Assembly: GCA_049969855.1 (NCBI GenBank)
Contig: JBMFOB010000002.1
Coordinates: 1-64,000, forward strand
Direction of reading: 5' to 3'
Length of the DNA: 64,000 nucleotides
DNA from: Candidatus Bathyarchaeia archaeon
GTDB taxonomy: Archaea > Thermoproteota > Bathyarchaeia > Bathyarchaeales > Bathycorpusculaceae
Position 1 is the stretch's first letter, and the number at the start of each line of letters is the position of its first letter. The notes under the pieces are model-generated. The model was not told the DNA's origin, did no database searches, and saw nothing but the letters and a program-made list of their open reading frames with translations. The position numbers and the translations under genes were made by a program. Shown here in pieces: positions 20,166-30,054 of the stretch.

Positions 20166-21551
20166 TTGTTTGTTCCCAGATTGGAGAAACTCATGGGCAT
20201 GGAGGTTTATGCAACCAGTTCTTTAGGCATTGGCGGAGTTATACGGCAGTTTGTTGACGATTTTGTTGTTGAAGAAATTCTTGTTGATGGTTCTAAAGCA
20301 GAAATAAAACGAGAAGGAAGCCATAGTGAGCCTAAAGTTTTGGGTTCTTCTGCAGAGAGGAAAAGTTATCTTTTATGCGTTTTGGCTAAGCGAAATTGGG
20401 ACACATTTCTAGCAATCGAAACAATAGCCAGACAACTTGGCATAAACACTGGTGGCATTCAGTTTGCAGGCATAAAGGACGCTAAGGCAGTTACCGCCCA
20501 ATACATTACAGTTGACGGCATTTCAGCTGATGATATTCTGAAAGTTCATGTTAAAGACGTAGAAATCCGTCCAGTTGGCTATATTCGGAACAGGCTTTCT
20601 TCCTACTATCTTTTAGGAAATAGCTTTAACATAACCATCAGAGCCATAAGCCGTTCAAAACCAACAATTAGAAAACGAATAAGAAAAACCATAGAAGAGC
20701 TCATGGCTACAGGCGGAGTTCCAAATTTTTTCGGTCACCAACGTTTCGGCACTGTTCGTCCCATAACGCATTTTGTTGGAAAAGCCCTTGTAAAAGGAAA
20801 CTTCAAAAAAGCTGTGATGCTGTTTTTGGCTAAACCAAGCCCTTATGAACATCCAGAATCAAGAAAAGCCCGGGAGCAACTGCAAAAGACACAGAATTTC
20901 CAGCAAGCTTTGAAAACGTTTCCAAAGCAATTATATTATGAACGTTTAATGCTTAAGCACTTAGCAAGAAAGCAAGAGGATTTTGTGGGAGCCTTTAGGC
21001 GTTTGCCGATTAAACTTCGAGAGCTTTTTCCCCAAGCCTATCAAGCTTATCTCTTCAACAAGTTCTTGAGCAAAAGAATTGCAGTTGGTCTTCCATTAAA
21101 TAAGGCAGAAGTTGGCGATTACGTTGTTAGTGTGCAACGTTCTGGGCTACCATTATTAACTATGTATAAGATTGTGAAGACTGAAAACCATGCAGAAGTT
21201 AGTAATGCGATAAAAGCTGGAAGAATGCTGTTAGCCCTTCCCCTAATAGGTTTTAAACAGAAGACTTCCCAAGGTTTTCAAGGAGAAATTGAAAGGCAAA
21301 TCCTAGAAGAGGAGGGCATAACGCCAGCAAGCTTCAAAATCAATTTGATGCCAGAAATAAGCCCGAAAGGAGAACTGCGAGCAGCCTTAACTTCGCTAAA
21401 CAATTTTCAACTAAAAGAGATTTCCGCTGACTTGGCTAATCCATCCAAAAATATGGCAAAAATAAGTTTTACGCTGCATCGTGGCTCTTATGCAACCGTA
21501 CTCTTAAGAGAGATAATGAAACCACGCAGCCTATTAAAGGCAGGATTTTAA
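20166..21551 (+). CDS. truD: tRNA pseudouridine(13) synthase TruD
   Basis: DFVVEE, FAGIKDAKAVT.Q, GNSF.I, PNFFGHQRFG, F.L.RGSYAT..LRE. Confidence 0.95.
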   Translation: MFVPRLEKLMGMEVYATSSLGIGGVIRQFVDDFVVEEILVDGSKAEIKREGSHSEPKVLGSSAERKSYLLCVLAKRNWDTFLAIETIARQLGINTGGIQFAGIKDAKAVTAQYITVDGISADDILKVHVKDVEIRPVGYIRNRLSSYYLLGNSFNITIRAISRSKPTIRKRIRKTIEELMATGGVPNFFGHQRFGTVRPITHFVGKALVKGNFKKAVMLFLAKPSPYEHPESRKAREQLQKTQNFQQALKTFPKQLYYERLMLKHLARKQEDFVGAFRRLPIKLRELFPQAYQAYLFNKFLSKRIAVGLPLNKAEVGDYVVSVQRSGLPLLTMYKIVKTENHAEVSNAIKAGRMLLALPLIGFKQKTSQGFQGEIERQILEEEGITPASFKINLMPEISPKGELRAALTSLNNFQLKEISADLANPSKNMAKISFTLHRGSYATVLLREIMKPRSLLKAGF

Positions 21552-22315
21552 AATAATATGGACAAGCATGTTAATGCGCCTTCTCCTTTGCGAAATTCTG
21601 AAATTTCCATTTCTTTCACGGAAAAACCCGCCACTTCTATCATCTTCTTAGTTCTGGGGTAACCCTTAGCCATTAAAACAGTTCCATCTATAGCAAGGCA
21701 ATCTGCAGCATACGCTTCTTCTTTCGGAACCAAAATTTTCTCATAACCCCGCAATAGATTCACATCAAAGTGTCCCTTTGAAAGGATAACATGGTTATTT
21801 CTAAGATATGTGCATGCAGACTTTAAGTGAAGCACATTTTTAACTTTCACTGGAACTACTTCTACATCGCTGTTGTTCAAAATTTTTTTGAGTTGATGCA
21901 CAGCTTGCATGTTGGTTCTTTCAGAAATTCCAACAAAAATTTTGTTTTCAACTTTGAGAACATCTCCGCCGTCGATGGTGGCTGGAGGCTTAATGTAATA
22001 AGTTTCCTTTAGTTTTTCGAGCACCTTTGCAACTTCAATTACCTCTCGGGCTCGCGATTTTACTTTCATGTTACATATTATTGCTTTTTCCCCAATTATT
22101 ATGGCTGTATCTTCAACAAAGCAGCTGTCGGGAAGCGTGTCATCGCCTTTCACCCAAATAAGCTTCAAACCGAGGTTCTCTAATGCTTTGCAGTATTCTG
22201 TATGCTGTTTTTTTGCGAGGGCAACATCTATTTTCTCCACGTTTGTTCTTACACAGTGGTCATAGGAATTTGGTACTGGTCGGACAATGGCATGCTTAAC
22301 TGTAAGGTTACTCAT
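21548..22315 (-). CDS. Dimethylarginine dimethylaminohydrolase / amidinotransferase family
   Basis: PDSCFVEDTA, DGGDVL, LHLKS, GALTCLS (catalytic Cys). Confidence 0.9.
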   Translation of the reverse strand: MSNLTVKHAIVRPVPNSYDHCVRTNVEKIDVALAKKQHTEYCKALENLGLKLIWVKGDDTLPDSCFVEDTAIIIGEKAIICNMKVKSRAREVIEVAKVLEKLKETYYIKPPATIDGGDVLKVENKIFVGISERTNMQAVHQLKKILNNSDVEVVPVKVKNVLHLKSACTYLRNNHVILSKGHFDVNLLRGYEKILVPKEEAYAADCLAIDGTVLMAKGYPRTKKMIEVAGFSVKEMEISEFRKGEGALTCLSILF

Positions 22316-22324
22316 GGCTTTTCA

Positions 22325-23509
22325 TCAGTCTTTGATTGCTTTTTCTGCGTTTTCAATTAATGTTTGTTTCTTGTCGATTGGAACTATTACGCTGGCTGCG
22401 TACTGATGCCCATCGGCTATGCCAAAACCTTCGGATGCTTTATCTAAAAGGTTCACAGCGCCTGGAAGCTTTCCGTTATCAATTGGAGATTGCATGCTTT
22501 TTGGCACTCGAACTGAAGCTTTAACAAACTTTTCCTTTAATTTTCCCCGGTTTGGAATTTCTGCTGGAACATTTACGAATCCCAAAATGTATTTGTTCGG
22601 TTTTATCAAACGTGTTTGGTAAGCCAAAAATGAACAGAATTGTCCAATAACTTTCGTTCCCATGCCCGTATACGTGTCTCCAGCGTCAAACCATTGAATA
22701 TGCGCTGTTTCTTTAAGCCTTTCACGATAAAGCCTTCCCAAAAGGCGGCGGTTAGCCTCTTTACGCTTGTTCTCTAACGCATTAATTTTCTCTTCGGCTT
22801 CCTTGTTTAATCCATCCAAGCAAGCGTTTATGCCAATTTCTGGACCGCCCTCATAGTATCCTACAGCGCCTAAAATTTGAAGCTTGGAGAAGAAGGTGTC
22901 CAAGCGTGTTTTGAATTTTGTTATTTCGAAGCTTTTGCCTTTCTGCTGAATTGTCCCGTTTTTGCAAGCTTCTTCTAACACTATTTTATTTATTCCCATG
23001 AAGCCTTCTGGAATTTCGCAGCTTCCAACCAAAGCCAAATAGCTCAAATCCACATTGGTTTCGCTTAGTGCTTTTGCAAACAAGTAGCAGCATGTTGCTC
23101 CTGAAAAGTCAGTTTCACCCCTAAACCCGTAGTTTTCAAGGTTTAAGTCCAAAACTTTTGGGTCTTTGGATGGTTTTGGGTCGTGATGGTCCAATATTAT
23201 TGTTAGGTTTTTGCCTTTATTGTATTCAGATATCATGTCTGCATGGGATGAGCCGATATCCACATAAAAAATTGTTTGTCCAGTCTTTGAGTGTAGGTCT
23301 TCGATGACTTCTGTGTAAACTTTTTCGAGGCAGAATGTTTTAGGCTTTATGCCTTCGCGTTCCAAAGCCTTTTTTGTTATTGCTGCTGAGCATAATCCGT
23401 CTGCATCGTCATGATGAACTATTATGGCTTCTTTGGGTTTCTCTGCCTTCAATTCTGTAATAGCTTGGTTTGCTTTTCTTTCAAACTCTTGGAGTTGCAT
23501 TGGCAACAC
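22325..23509 (-). CDS. DHH-family phosphoesterase (RecJ-like)
   Basis: HHDDADG, VDIGS, ILDHH, C-terminal DGHQYAAS (GGH variant). Confidence 0.85.
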   Translation of the reverse strand: MLPMQLQEFERKANQAITELKAEKPKEAIIVHHDDADGLCSAAITKKALEREGIKPKTFCLEKVYTEVIEDLHSKTGQTIFYVDIGSSHADMISEYNKGKNLTIILDHHDPKPSKDPKVLDLNLENYGFRGETDFSGATCCYLFAKALSETNVDLSYLALVGSCEIPEGFMGINKIVLEEACKNGTIQQKGKSFEITKFKTRLDTFFSKLQILGAVGYYEGGPEIGINACLDGLNKEAEEKINALENKRKEANRRLLGRLYRERLKETAHIQWFDAGDTYTGMGTKVIGQFCSFLAYQTRLIKPNKYILGFVNVPAEIPNRGKLKEKFVKASVRVPKSMQSPIDNGKLPGAVNLLDKASEGFGIADGHQYAASVIVPIDKKQTLIENAEKAIKD

Positions 23510-23513
23510 CCTT

Positions 23514-24047
23514 TTAGCCTATTGTTTTTAGGAGGTCTGACCGTGTTATTATTCCCACAATTTCTCTGTCCCTTGCAACTAATATTCCTTGGTGTCTTTC
23601 AAGTAATGGGCGGATGGTGTCTATTGGCATTTCTTCTGAAACTGTTGGCAGGGGTGGACCCATGATGTTTTTGACTTTTTCTTTTGCTATGTTTGAGCTC
23701 AAGTTTCTGATTATGCTTTCCTCGGTTATTGTTCCAACAACCCTGTTTCCATTCAGCACGGGCATCTGTGAAATTGCATTTTTCACCATAATTTCGCTTA
23801 CTTTTAGAATGTTGTTGTTTGGTCTTGCGAAGAGGACGCCTTTGGTCATTATGTCTTTACATTTCCTCTTTTTCCCTTCCGTTAGGACTTCTAATATTTT
23901 GTTGATTGTGGAAAGTCTCGGGTCAACCTTTTCTTGTTCTATTTTTGCTATATGCGCTTGAGACACACCTACAATTTCTGCCAGTTTTTTCTGGGTTAAG
24001 CCAGCCTCTAATCTCAACCTTCTAATTAGTGAACCCGTCACCGCCAA
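23514..24047 (-). CDS. XRE HTH + CBS-pair transcriptional regulator
   Basis: LTQKKLAEIVGVSQAHIAKIE..KVDPRLST followed by two CBS repeats. Confidence 0.92.
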   Translation of the reverse strand: MAVTGSLIRRLRLEAGLTQKKLAEIVGVSQAHIAKIEQEKVDPRLSTINKILEVLTEGKKRKCKDIMTKGVLFARPNNNILKVSEIMVKNAISQMPVLNGNRVVGTITEESIIRNLSSNIAKEKVKNIMGPPLPTVSEEMPIDTIRPLLERHQGILVARDREIVGIITRSDLLKTIG

Positions 24048-24145
24048 AATATAACCACCAGTTATTTTCTAATATAAATTAATACAGTAAATTATATATT
24101 TGTTTTGTGCATACATCCCTAAACTTCACAGTGGAAAGGTTTACC

Positions 24146-25354
24146 ATGCGAAACATAATAGTAGAAGACCTAAAACAGACACCTCTTGAAAAACAACGCA
24201 TAGAAATAGTGGAAAGAAAAGGGCTTGGGCATCCTGACTATATTTGCGATGCAGTGATGGACCAAATTTCCATAAACTTAAGCAAAGAATACTTGGAAAA
24301 GGCTGGTTCAATCTTACACCATAACGTTGACAAATCCCTCCTTGTGGCTGGAGAAGCTGAACCGAGATTCGGCGGAGGCATAGTTAAACAACCAATGCTC
24401 TTCGTGTTTGGCGACAGGGCAACATCAGAATTTAACGGCACAAAAATAGACATTAAAGAAATAGCTATACGAGTTGCCAAAGACTGGTTCAGAAAAAACC
24501 TGCGCTTCGTAGACCCAGAAAAGCACGTGAAATATCAAGTGGAACTGAAGCCAGGTTCCGCTGGGCTTATTGACATTTTTAAGCGGAAAGGAAAAGTTTT
24601 GGGAGCCAACGACACATCCGCCGCAGTGGGATATGCACCAATGACAAGAACAGAAAAAATGGTGCTAGAAACGGAAAAATTCCTAAACTCCAAAAACTTT
24701 AAACAGCGTTTCCCCGAATCCGGCGAAGACATAAAAGTCATGGGATTCAGAGCAAACAACAGCCTAAACTTGACAATTTCCATGGCTTTCGTTGACCGCT
24801 TCATAAACAATGAAGAAGAATACTTCGAAAAGAAGGCAAAAATCCTTGAAGAAACCGAAAGGTTCGTCAAGGCAAATACGGATTTTGAAAAAGTCAACAT
24901 CCAACTCAACACTTTGGATGCCCATGGAAGAGGCTTAGGAGGCTTATACCTAACCGTTCTTGGCACAAGCGCAGACAGCGGCGACTCAGGGCAAGTTGGA
25001 AGGGGAAACCGTGTAAACGGCTTAATATCCCTTAACAGACCCTTCTGTTCCGAAGCCGCAGCAGGCAAAAATCCAGTGAGCCATGTTGGAAAAATCTACA
25101 ACGTTCTAACCTACAAAATAGCCCAGCATGTCTACGAAGAGGTGCCAGAAGTTGAAGAAGTCTACATTTGGTTACTGAGCAAAATTGGAAGCCCAATAGA
25201 CCAGCCAGAAGTGGCAGCAGCTCAAGTTATAATGAAGGGCAACAACGCCATAGAAAAAGTCAGACGCGAAATAAGCGATGTGCTAAATTATGAACTTGAA
25301 AATATAGATAAATTCTGCATGGAGCTTGCCAAAGGAAAAATCCAAACCTATTAA
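24146..25354 (+). CDS. mat: Archaeal S-adenosylmethionine synthetase
   Basis: EIVERKGLGHPD, ANDTS, GEDIKVMG, DSGQVGRGNR, AAGKNPVSHVGKIYN; start at MRNIIVE (ORF track 24107). Confidence 0.95.
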   Translation: MRNIIVEDLKQTPLEKQRIEIVERKGLGHPDYICDAVMDQISINLSKEYLEKAGSILHHNVDKSLLVAGEAEPRFGGGIVKQPMLFVFGDRATSEFNGTKIDIKEIAIRVAKDWFRKNLRFVDPEKHVKYQVELKPGSAGLIDIFKRKGKVLGANDTSAAVGYAPMTRTEKMVLETEKFLNSKNFKQRFPESGEDIKVMGFRANNSLNLTISMAFVDRFINNEEEYFEKKAKILEETERFVKANTDFEKVNIQLNTLDAHGRGLGGLYLTVLGTSADSGDSGQVGRGNRVNGLISLNRPFCSEAAAGKNPVSHVGKIYNVLTYKIAQHVYEEVPEVEEVYIWLLSKIGSPIDQPEVAAAQVIMKGNNAIEKVRREISDVLNYELENIDKFCMELAKGKIQTY

Positions 25355-25411
25355 CATGAAAATTTTACAATTCGAATTGTAAGGCTTATTACTATCCATT
25401 TCTAGTTATGA

Positions 25412-26437
25412 TTGGAGTTTGACCTGATGGATGCTTGGGAAGCTGCTCGAAACGCTTTAGAATGCGTGTTAGAAGCCAAAAATGGCGAAAGTCTAATCAT
25501 TTTTTGCGATTACGAAAAATTCAATGTTGGCGAAGCTTTTGCAAATGGCGCCCTAAAGCTTGGTTTACAAACAAGACTAATACCGCTAAAAGCTGATGCA
25601 AATGTTTTCCGAAAAGAAATTCCACCGCAAATCATGAAAATCTTAACAAAGTAAAAATCAGACATTTACATTAACCTTCTCCGTGGTTCTCGTGAAGAAA
25701 CACCCTTCAGAATAGCACTTATAAAAATGGAGACAAGCGAACGCAAAGCCCGTTTAGGTCATTGTCCCGGCGTCACCTTGGACATGCTTACTGATGGAGC
25801 CTTAGCCCTGACAGTTAAAGAACACAGGGAAATGCAAAACTTTGCAAAAAACCTAATCAAAAAATTAAGCGCTGCCGTGCGAATAGAAATTACAAATCCT
25901 GCTGGCACCAAAGTTTCCTTGAATGTTGAGGGAAGACCATTCTACACCGACACCATAATTGATTGGGAAACAATGAAGTGGATGAACCTCCCAACGGGCG
26001 AAGTTATTGTTGCGCCGGTTGAAGATTCTCTTGAAGGCACATTAGTATGCGACATGGCTGTGGGTGGAATAGGACCGCTGAGAGCTCCAGTTAAATTGAC
26101 TGTCCATAATGGTAGAGTTGAAGATTCCTTTTCTGAAGATTCATCAACACTGGAAAGGATTAGGGATTCCTTTAACACTGACGAGTGGTCAAGTGTGGTT
26201 GGCGAATTTGCTTTTGGAATAAACAAAAAGGCAAGATTTGTCGAAGGGTTTCTTGAAGCGGAAAAGATGTTTGGCACAATTCACATAGCCTTTGGCAACA
26301 ACTCCGACATGCCAAGCGGCAAAAACAAATCCAAAAACCACATGGATTTCCTCATATCAAAGCCTACTGTGAAAGTTTTTGACAAAAAGGGCTCATGCGT
26401 GGCCATTCTTGTTGATGGGGTTTTTCAGCGTTTGTAG
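25412..26437 (+). pseudogene. M29-like (thermophilic metalloprotease) aminopeptidase interrupted by an in-frame TAA at 25652-25654
   Basis: ORFs 25412..25654 and 25727..26437 share a frame; the interval reads KSDIYINLLRGSREETPFRIALIK without stops; C-terminal NLPTGEV, GEFAFG.N, EAEK..GTIHIAFG.N, NHMD motifs. Confidence 0.8.
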
Positions 26438-26500
26438 CGTGCGATTGTTAAAACACTTAAAAAGCTGAAGGTTAAACTTAGAAAGGAAAGGTGATGGCGG

Positions 26501-26761
26501 TTGAGTGAAGCAGAGGAAAAACTTCCCATATCCGGTTTTTACAAAGTTGTTGATTACGTTAACATTTTCAAAAGCGAAAAATGGTGGGAAGCCATAGTTG
26601 TCTTCGAATCTTTTGGAAGGCGATCCATTGGTTTGTATTTGTGGCAGAACAGAAATGGAACTTGGAAAAGAAAGCACAAGTTTAACATAAGAAACCTTGA
26701 AGAATGGAACAAACTTAAAAATGCCATAGAACAATTAACGCCAAAACTGGTTTCAAAATAG
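26501..26761 (+). CDS. Small basic/aromatic hypothetical protein
   Basis: 86 aa, AGGTGA SD upstream; W-rich beta strands plus a C-terminal helix. Confidence 0.75.
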   Translation: MSEAEEKLPISGFYKVVDYVNIFKSEKWWEAIVVFESFGRRSIGLYLWQNRNGTWKRKHKFNIRNLEEWNKLKNAIEQLTPKLVSK

Positions 26762-26871
26762 TCACATTTTCATCCATTTATGTATTTTTAATTCTTATTC
26801 TTAATTAGAATCCAAAATTGAATAATTTTATTAATTCACACCAACACAAAACACAAGAAGGGCGAACATTT

Positions 26872-27291
26872 ATGGAAGCCGAACAAGAAACACAAGAAGT
26901 TGAACTTCAAGAGGCAACAAACGAGGAGGAAATCCAGCAAGAACCAGAGCAAGAGTTGGAACAAGAAGAATATCAAGCCGCAGAAGAAACAGCAACGCAA
27001 AAAGAAGAGGTAAAGGAAGAAGAGGTAAAACATGAAAACCAAAAGACAAACAATCAAAACGAAGACAGAAGCGGCTTCATCCATGGACTCTCCGTTGGCT
27101 TAGGAATAGGATGCATCGCAACCTTCGTCATAGTTTGGATTTCAATATTCTTCGCTCCCCAGCTGCCATCCGTCACTTACGAAAATTTACTTGCAATATT
27201 CATTTACCCACTTGTCTACTTATTAACAGTGGGTTTGATAGCTTTGACTGCAGGCATAGTTAGAGAATACTATGCAAAAAGCAAATTCTAA
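26872..27291 (+). CDS. Membrane protein with Glu/Gln-rich disordered N-terminus and 2 TMs
   Basis: MEAEQETQEVELQE... acidic low-complexity tract followed by two hydrophobic helices. Confidence 0.7.
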   Translation: MEAEQETQEVELQEATNEEEIQQEPEQELEQEEYQAAEETATQKEEVKEEEVKHENQKTNNQNEDRSGFIHGLSVGLGIGCIATFVIVWISIFFAPQLPSVTYENLLAIFIYPLVYLLTVGLIALTAGIVREYYAKSKF

Positions 27292-27401
27292 ATCCAAAAT
27301 TTTCAGTGCAACAATCGCCAGTTGACTACTTTCTTTATATGGGAAATTTTGGGGAAGGCAACAATTTAATAATTGATGGTTTAATCTATGATTGTGAAAC
27401 C

Positions 27402-28025
27402 ATGTCCTACACGTTTAAACAAATTTTGGAAAAAATTGCTGGTGAAAAAGCGCCAGGACCGTCTGCGACATTTTCGCTTTTCCACATTTTGATGGCAATG
27501 GAGATTATGGCTAAACAGCCCATTGGTCGTGGTATGTTGGCTGACAATTTGAAGGTTGGGGAAGGCGCTGTGCGCACGATGATTAATCGATTGCAAAAGG
27601 CTGGTTTAATTGCAACTTCTAAGGCTGGTTGTGTTCTCACAAAAAAGGGTTTAAGTCTCTGGAAGGAGTATAAATCAGTTTTTAAAGAGAAAACTGAGAT
27701 TGATAGAAATGAGTTAACTCTCGCAGAGTATAATTTTGCAATTTTAGTCAAAAATCATGGGCATAAGGTTCAGTCGGGCATGGAGCAGCGGGATGCTGCT
27801 GTGATGGCTGGTGCTAAAAGTGCCACAACCCTAATTTTTAGGGGAAAACGCTTAATCATTCCATCCGTGAGCAGTAATGTGGCTGAGGATTTTCCAAAGG
27901 CTGCAAATCAGGTTTTTAGACTTCTAAAGCCAGAGGAAAACGACGTTATAATTATTGTGAGCGCCAGCAGCCCTGAAAAAGCATGGTATAGCGCTTTGGC
28001 GGCGGCGTGGGCTTTGCTTAATTAG
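27402..28025 (+). CDS. wHTH + DUF4443-like domain protein
   Basis: PIGR..LA..L..GEGAVRT, GMEQRDAAV.AGA..ATT; start moved to ATG 27402 (ORF track 27306). Confidence 0.75.
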   Translation: MSYTFKQILEKIAGEKAPGPSATFSLFHILMAMEIMAKQPIGRGMLADNLKVGEGAVRTMINRLQKAGLIATSKAGCVLTKKGLSLWKEYKSVFKEKTEIDRNELTLAEYNFAILVKNHGHKVQSGMEQRDAAVMAGAKSATTLIFRGKRLIIPSVSSNVAEDFPKAANQVFRLLKPEENDVIIIVSASSPEKAWYSALAAAWALLN

Positions 28026-28783
28026 TATGTGTATTTTTCTCCTCCGGCTAGGATACGTTCTAATGCCATGTTAAAGTTTATCATTCCCTCATTTGTTTTC
28101 GCCGAAACTGGAATCAGCAAAAATCTTAAACCAAGTTTGTGAATTGCCAGCATCATGTTTCTGCTGAGTAAGCGTTTTGTTCCTTCAAGTTTTTGTTCAA
28201 TTGCATTTTCTAAAACCTTAGGATTAGCCGACCAATCCACAATCTTGTCAACTTCCTCTTTTGGAAGCAAGTCGCATTTTGAAAGAAGATGCACTTGGGG
28301 TAGAAGGAAGCGATTGTAGACTGCGGCTGAGAGGAAAAGGTTTGAAACATAATTAAGCGGATTAACAGAGAAAACAGCATCAAACAAGTAAACTATGGCT
28401 TTGTTTTCCTTTGTAAGTTCACTTGCAATGTAAGGTCCGCTTGCCCTAAAAGCGAATAATTCCATCTGTCCAGGCGTGTCAACCAAAACTATGTCTGACC
28501 TTAAATCCTCAATTTCTTTAGAGATTTCTTCAATTTTGTCTGCAATCAAATCTGCAGCCATTATTAAGGCGCCGTTTGGTCCTAAACCGTACTCTTCCAT
28601 TAAGCTTTCAATGTCTACGTAATCCCTAATATCCACGTCTGGCGAATATGGAAGTGTTAATACTCCAGGGTCGAGGTTTACCACTGAAACGTCTTGTTTT
28701 GACATTTTTAGCCATTCGTTGAAGGCTGATGTGAGCGTTGACTTTCCAGAGCCAGCTGTTCCTATGATGAAAACTGTAAACAT
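28022..28783 (-). CDS. GPN-loop GTPase
   Basis: GTAGSGKS, NLDPG, GLGPNG, DTPGQME, SKCD. Confidence 0.95.
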   Translation of the reverse strand: MFTVFIIGTAGSGKSTLTSAFNEWLKMSKQDVSVVNLDPGVLTLPYSPDVDIRDYVDIESLMEEYGLGPNGALIMAADLIADKIEEISKEIEDLRSDIVLVDTPGQMELFAFRASGPYIASELTKENKAIVYLFDAVFSVNPLNYVSNLFLSAAVYNRFLLPQVHLLSKCDLLPKEEVDKIVDWSANPKVLENAIEQKLEGTKRLLSRNMMLAIHKLGLRFLLIPVSAKTNEGMINFNMALERILAGGEKYTY

Positions 28784-28811
28784 TATTATTCCCTTTTTGG
28801 CTGTTTTAATA

Positions 28812-29984
28812 TCAATGCGTCGGTTGGTTGGTAAAAGTTTTTTCTGTTAATGATGGAACTTCTGGTGGTTGTGGTTCTTGTATTTTTGGCTGGTTCTGCC
28901 TTGACATGACAAACACAATTACGCCCATGCAAACTAAAATCATGGTAACCGCTAACAACAAAACAAAGAATGTAGATAATATTGTTACTGTTTGAATAGG
29001 GCTGTCCGCTCCAGCATAATCATAATCTCCAGACCAGCTGGCACGAATAAAACAAACCCCAGCAGAAGTTTCCACATTCCAAACATACGTGAACCGTCCG
29101 TTTGAATCTGTCGTGGTTGTGCCCAATACTTGCCATGGCGCGTTGTTTACGCTTATGTAAATTGTTACGGTTTTGTTTTGTAGGGCTGGTGAAATCTGTC
29201 CAGAAAGTGTGACAGTGCCTTGGTTGACAAGATATGTGGGCGACGCTGTTAAGGATATTGTTGAGGACATTAGGGTTTTGTAGCTTGCAGAAACCTGTCC
29301 CGGAGACCATTGTTCACAGTTTTCAAGAGTAATAACTTCTGGAGAAGCTTGCTTTAAACTGTCTGGGCATTCGCCAACCCGCCAACCATTTTGGAAGTAA
29401 CCCGTGCATTCTGCTATGTAGTATTTGATGCTGTTGTAAATTATGTAGTAAACCTGTCCTCTTACATCATGTGGTGTATGTGAGAGGCTGACGCCAACGT
29501 TCATGTGCGACTCATCCTTGTAGTATAATAGCACAACGTCGAGTCCGCCAGCCTTCATAATTGATGCTGCAATGAAAGAGAATAGGTCGCAGTCTCCCGT
29601 GTTTTCTACCATTGTTTCTATTGGATATTCTGGTGGTTCGGTCACTTTGTATGGTATTTGATGCACAATCATTAGCGCTCCATTTGCGAAATCTTCATCA
29701 TCTGAATAAATTTTCCAGAGGTTATCTGCAATAGGCTTCAGAGCGTAAGGCGTAACAAATTTTGCAAAGTCGTTGTCTGAGTTTAGTTTGTGGCTTTTTC
29801 CAAGATAATACTCGTATAGTGATTGTTGGATTGTAACGTTTAGCCCATAATACGTTGAACCGTTGGGTTTGTTTAAAATTTGATATGAAATGCTGTAGGT
29901 TTCTGCCAAACAATATGGAAATAGGTATGAAAGTGTGAGTAAAATTGTTACTATCACGAGGGTTTTTGAAAGCTTCTGTTTCAT
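28812..29984 (-). CDS. Secreted/surface protein with transglutaminase-like Cys domain, Ig-like domain and C-terminal TM anchor
   Basis: Signal peptide; GDCD...HMNVGV...YIAECT putative Cys-His-Glu triad; TTTDSNGRF Ig-like strand; C-terminal TM plus Pro-rich tail. Confidence 0.7.
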   Translation of the reverse strand: MKQKLSKTLVIVTILLTLSYLFPYCLAETYSISYQILNKPNGSTYYGLNVTIQQSLYEYYLGKSHKLNSDNDFAKFVTPYALKPIADNLWKIYSDDEDFANGALMIVHQIPYKVTEPPEYPIETMVENTGDCDLFSFIAASIMKAGGLDVVLLYYKDESHMNVGVSLSHTPHDVRGQVYYIIYNSIKYYIAECTGYFQNGWRVGECPDSLKQASPEVITLENCEQWSPGQVSASYKTLMSSTISLTASPTYLVNQGTVTLSGQISPALQNKTVTIYISVNNAPWQVLGTTTTDSNGRFTYVWNVETSAGVCFIRASWSGDYDYAGADSPIQTVTILSTFFVLLLAVTMILVCMGVIVFVMSRQNQPKIQEPQPPEVPSLTEKTFTNQPTH

Positions 29985-30054
29985 TTTTCTCTCGAAAAAT
30001 TGTTATTTACCTAATTTATGGCTCTTATGAACCCATAATCAATAGCAGAAAAGT

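Noticed and set aside
25652-25654. Selenocysteine/pyrrolysine readthrough
   Set aside because: The stop is TAA, not TGA or TAG
26872-27060. GAA/CAA-rich tandem repeat
   Set aside because: Explained by a Glu/Gln-rich low-complexity coding tract
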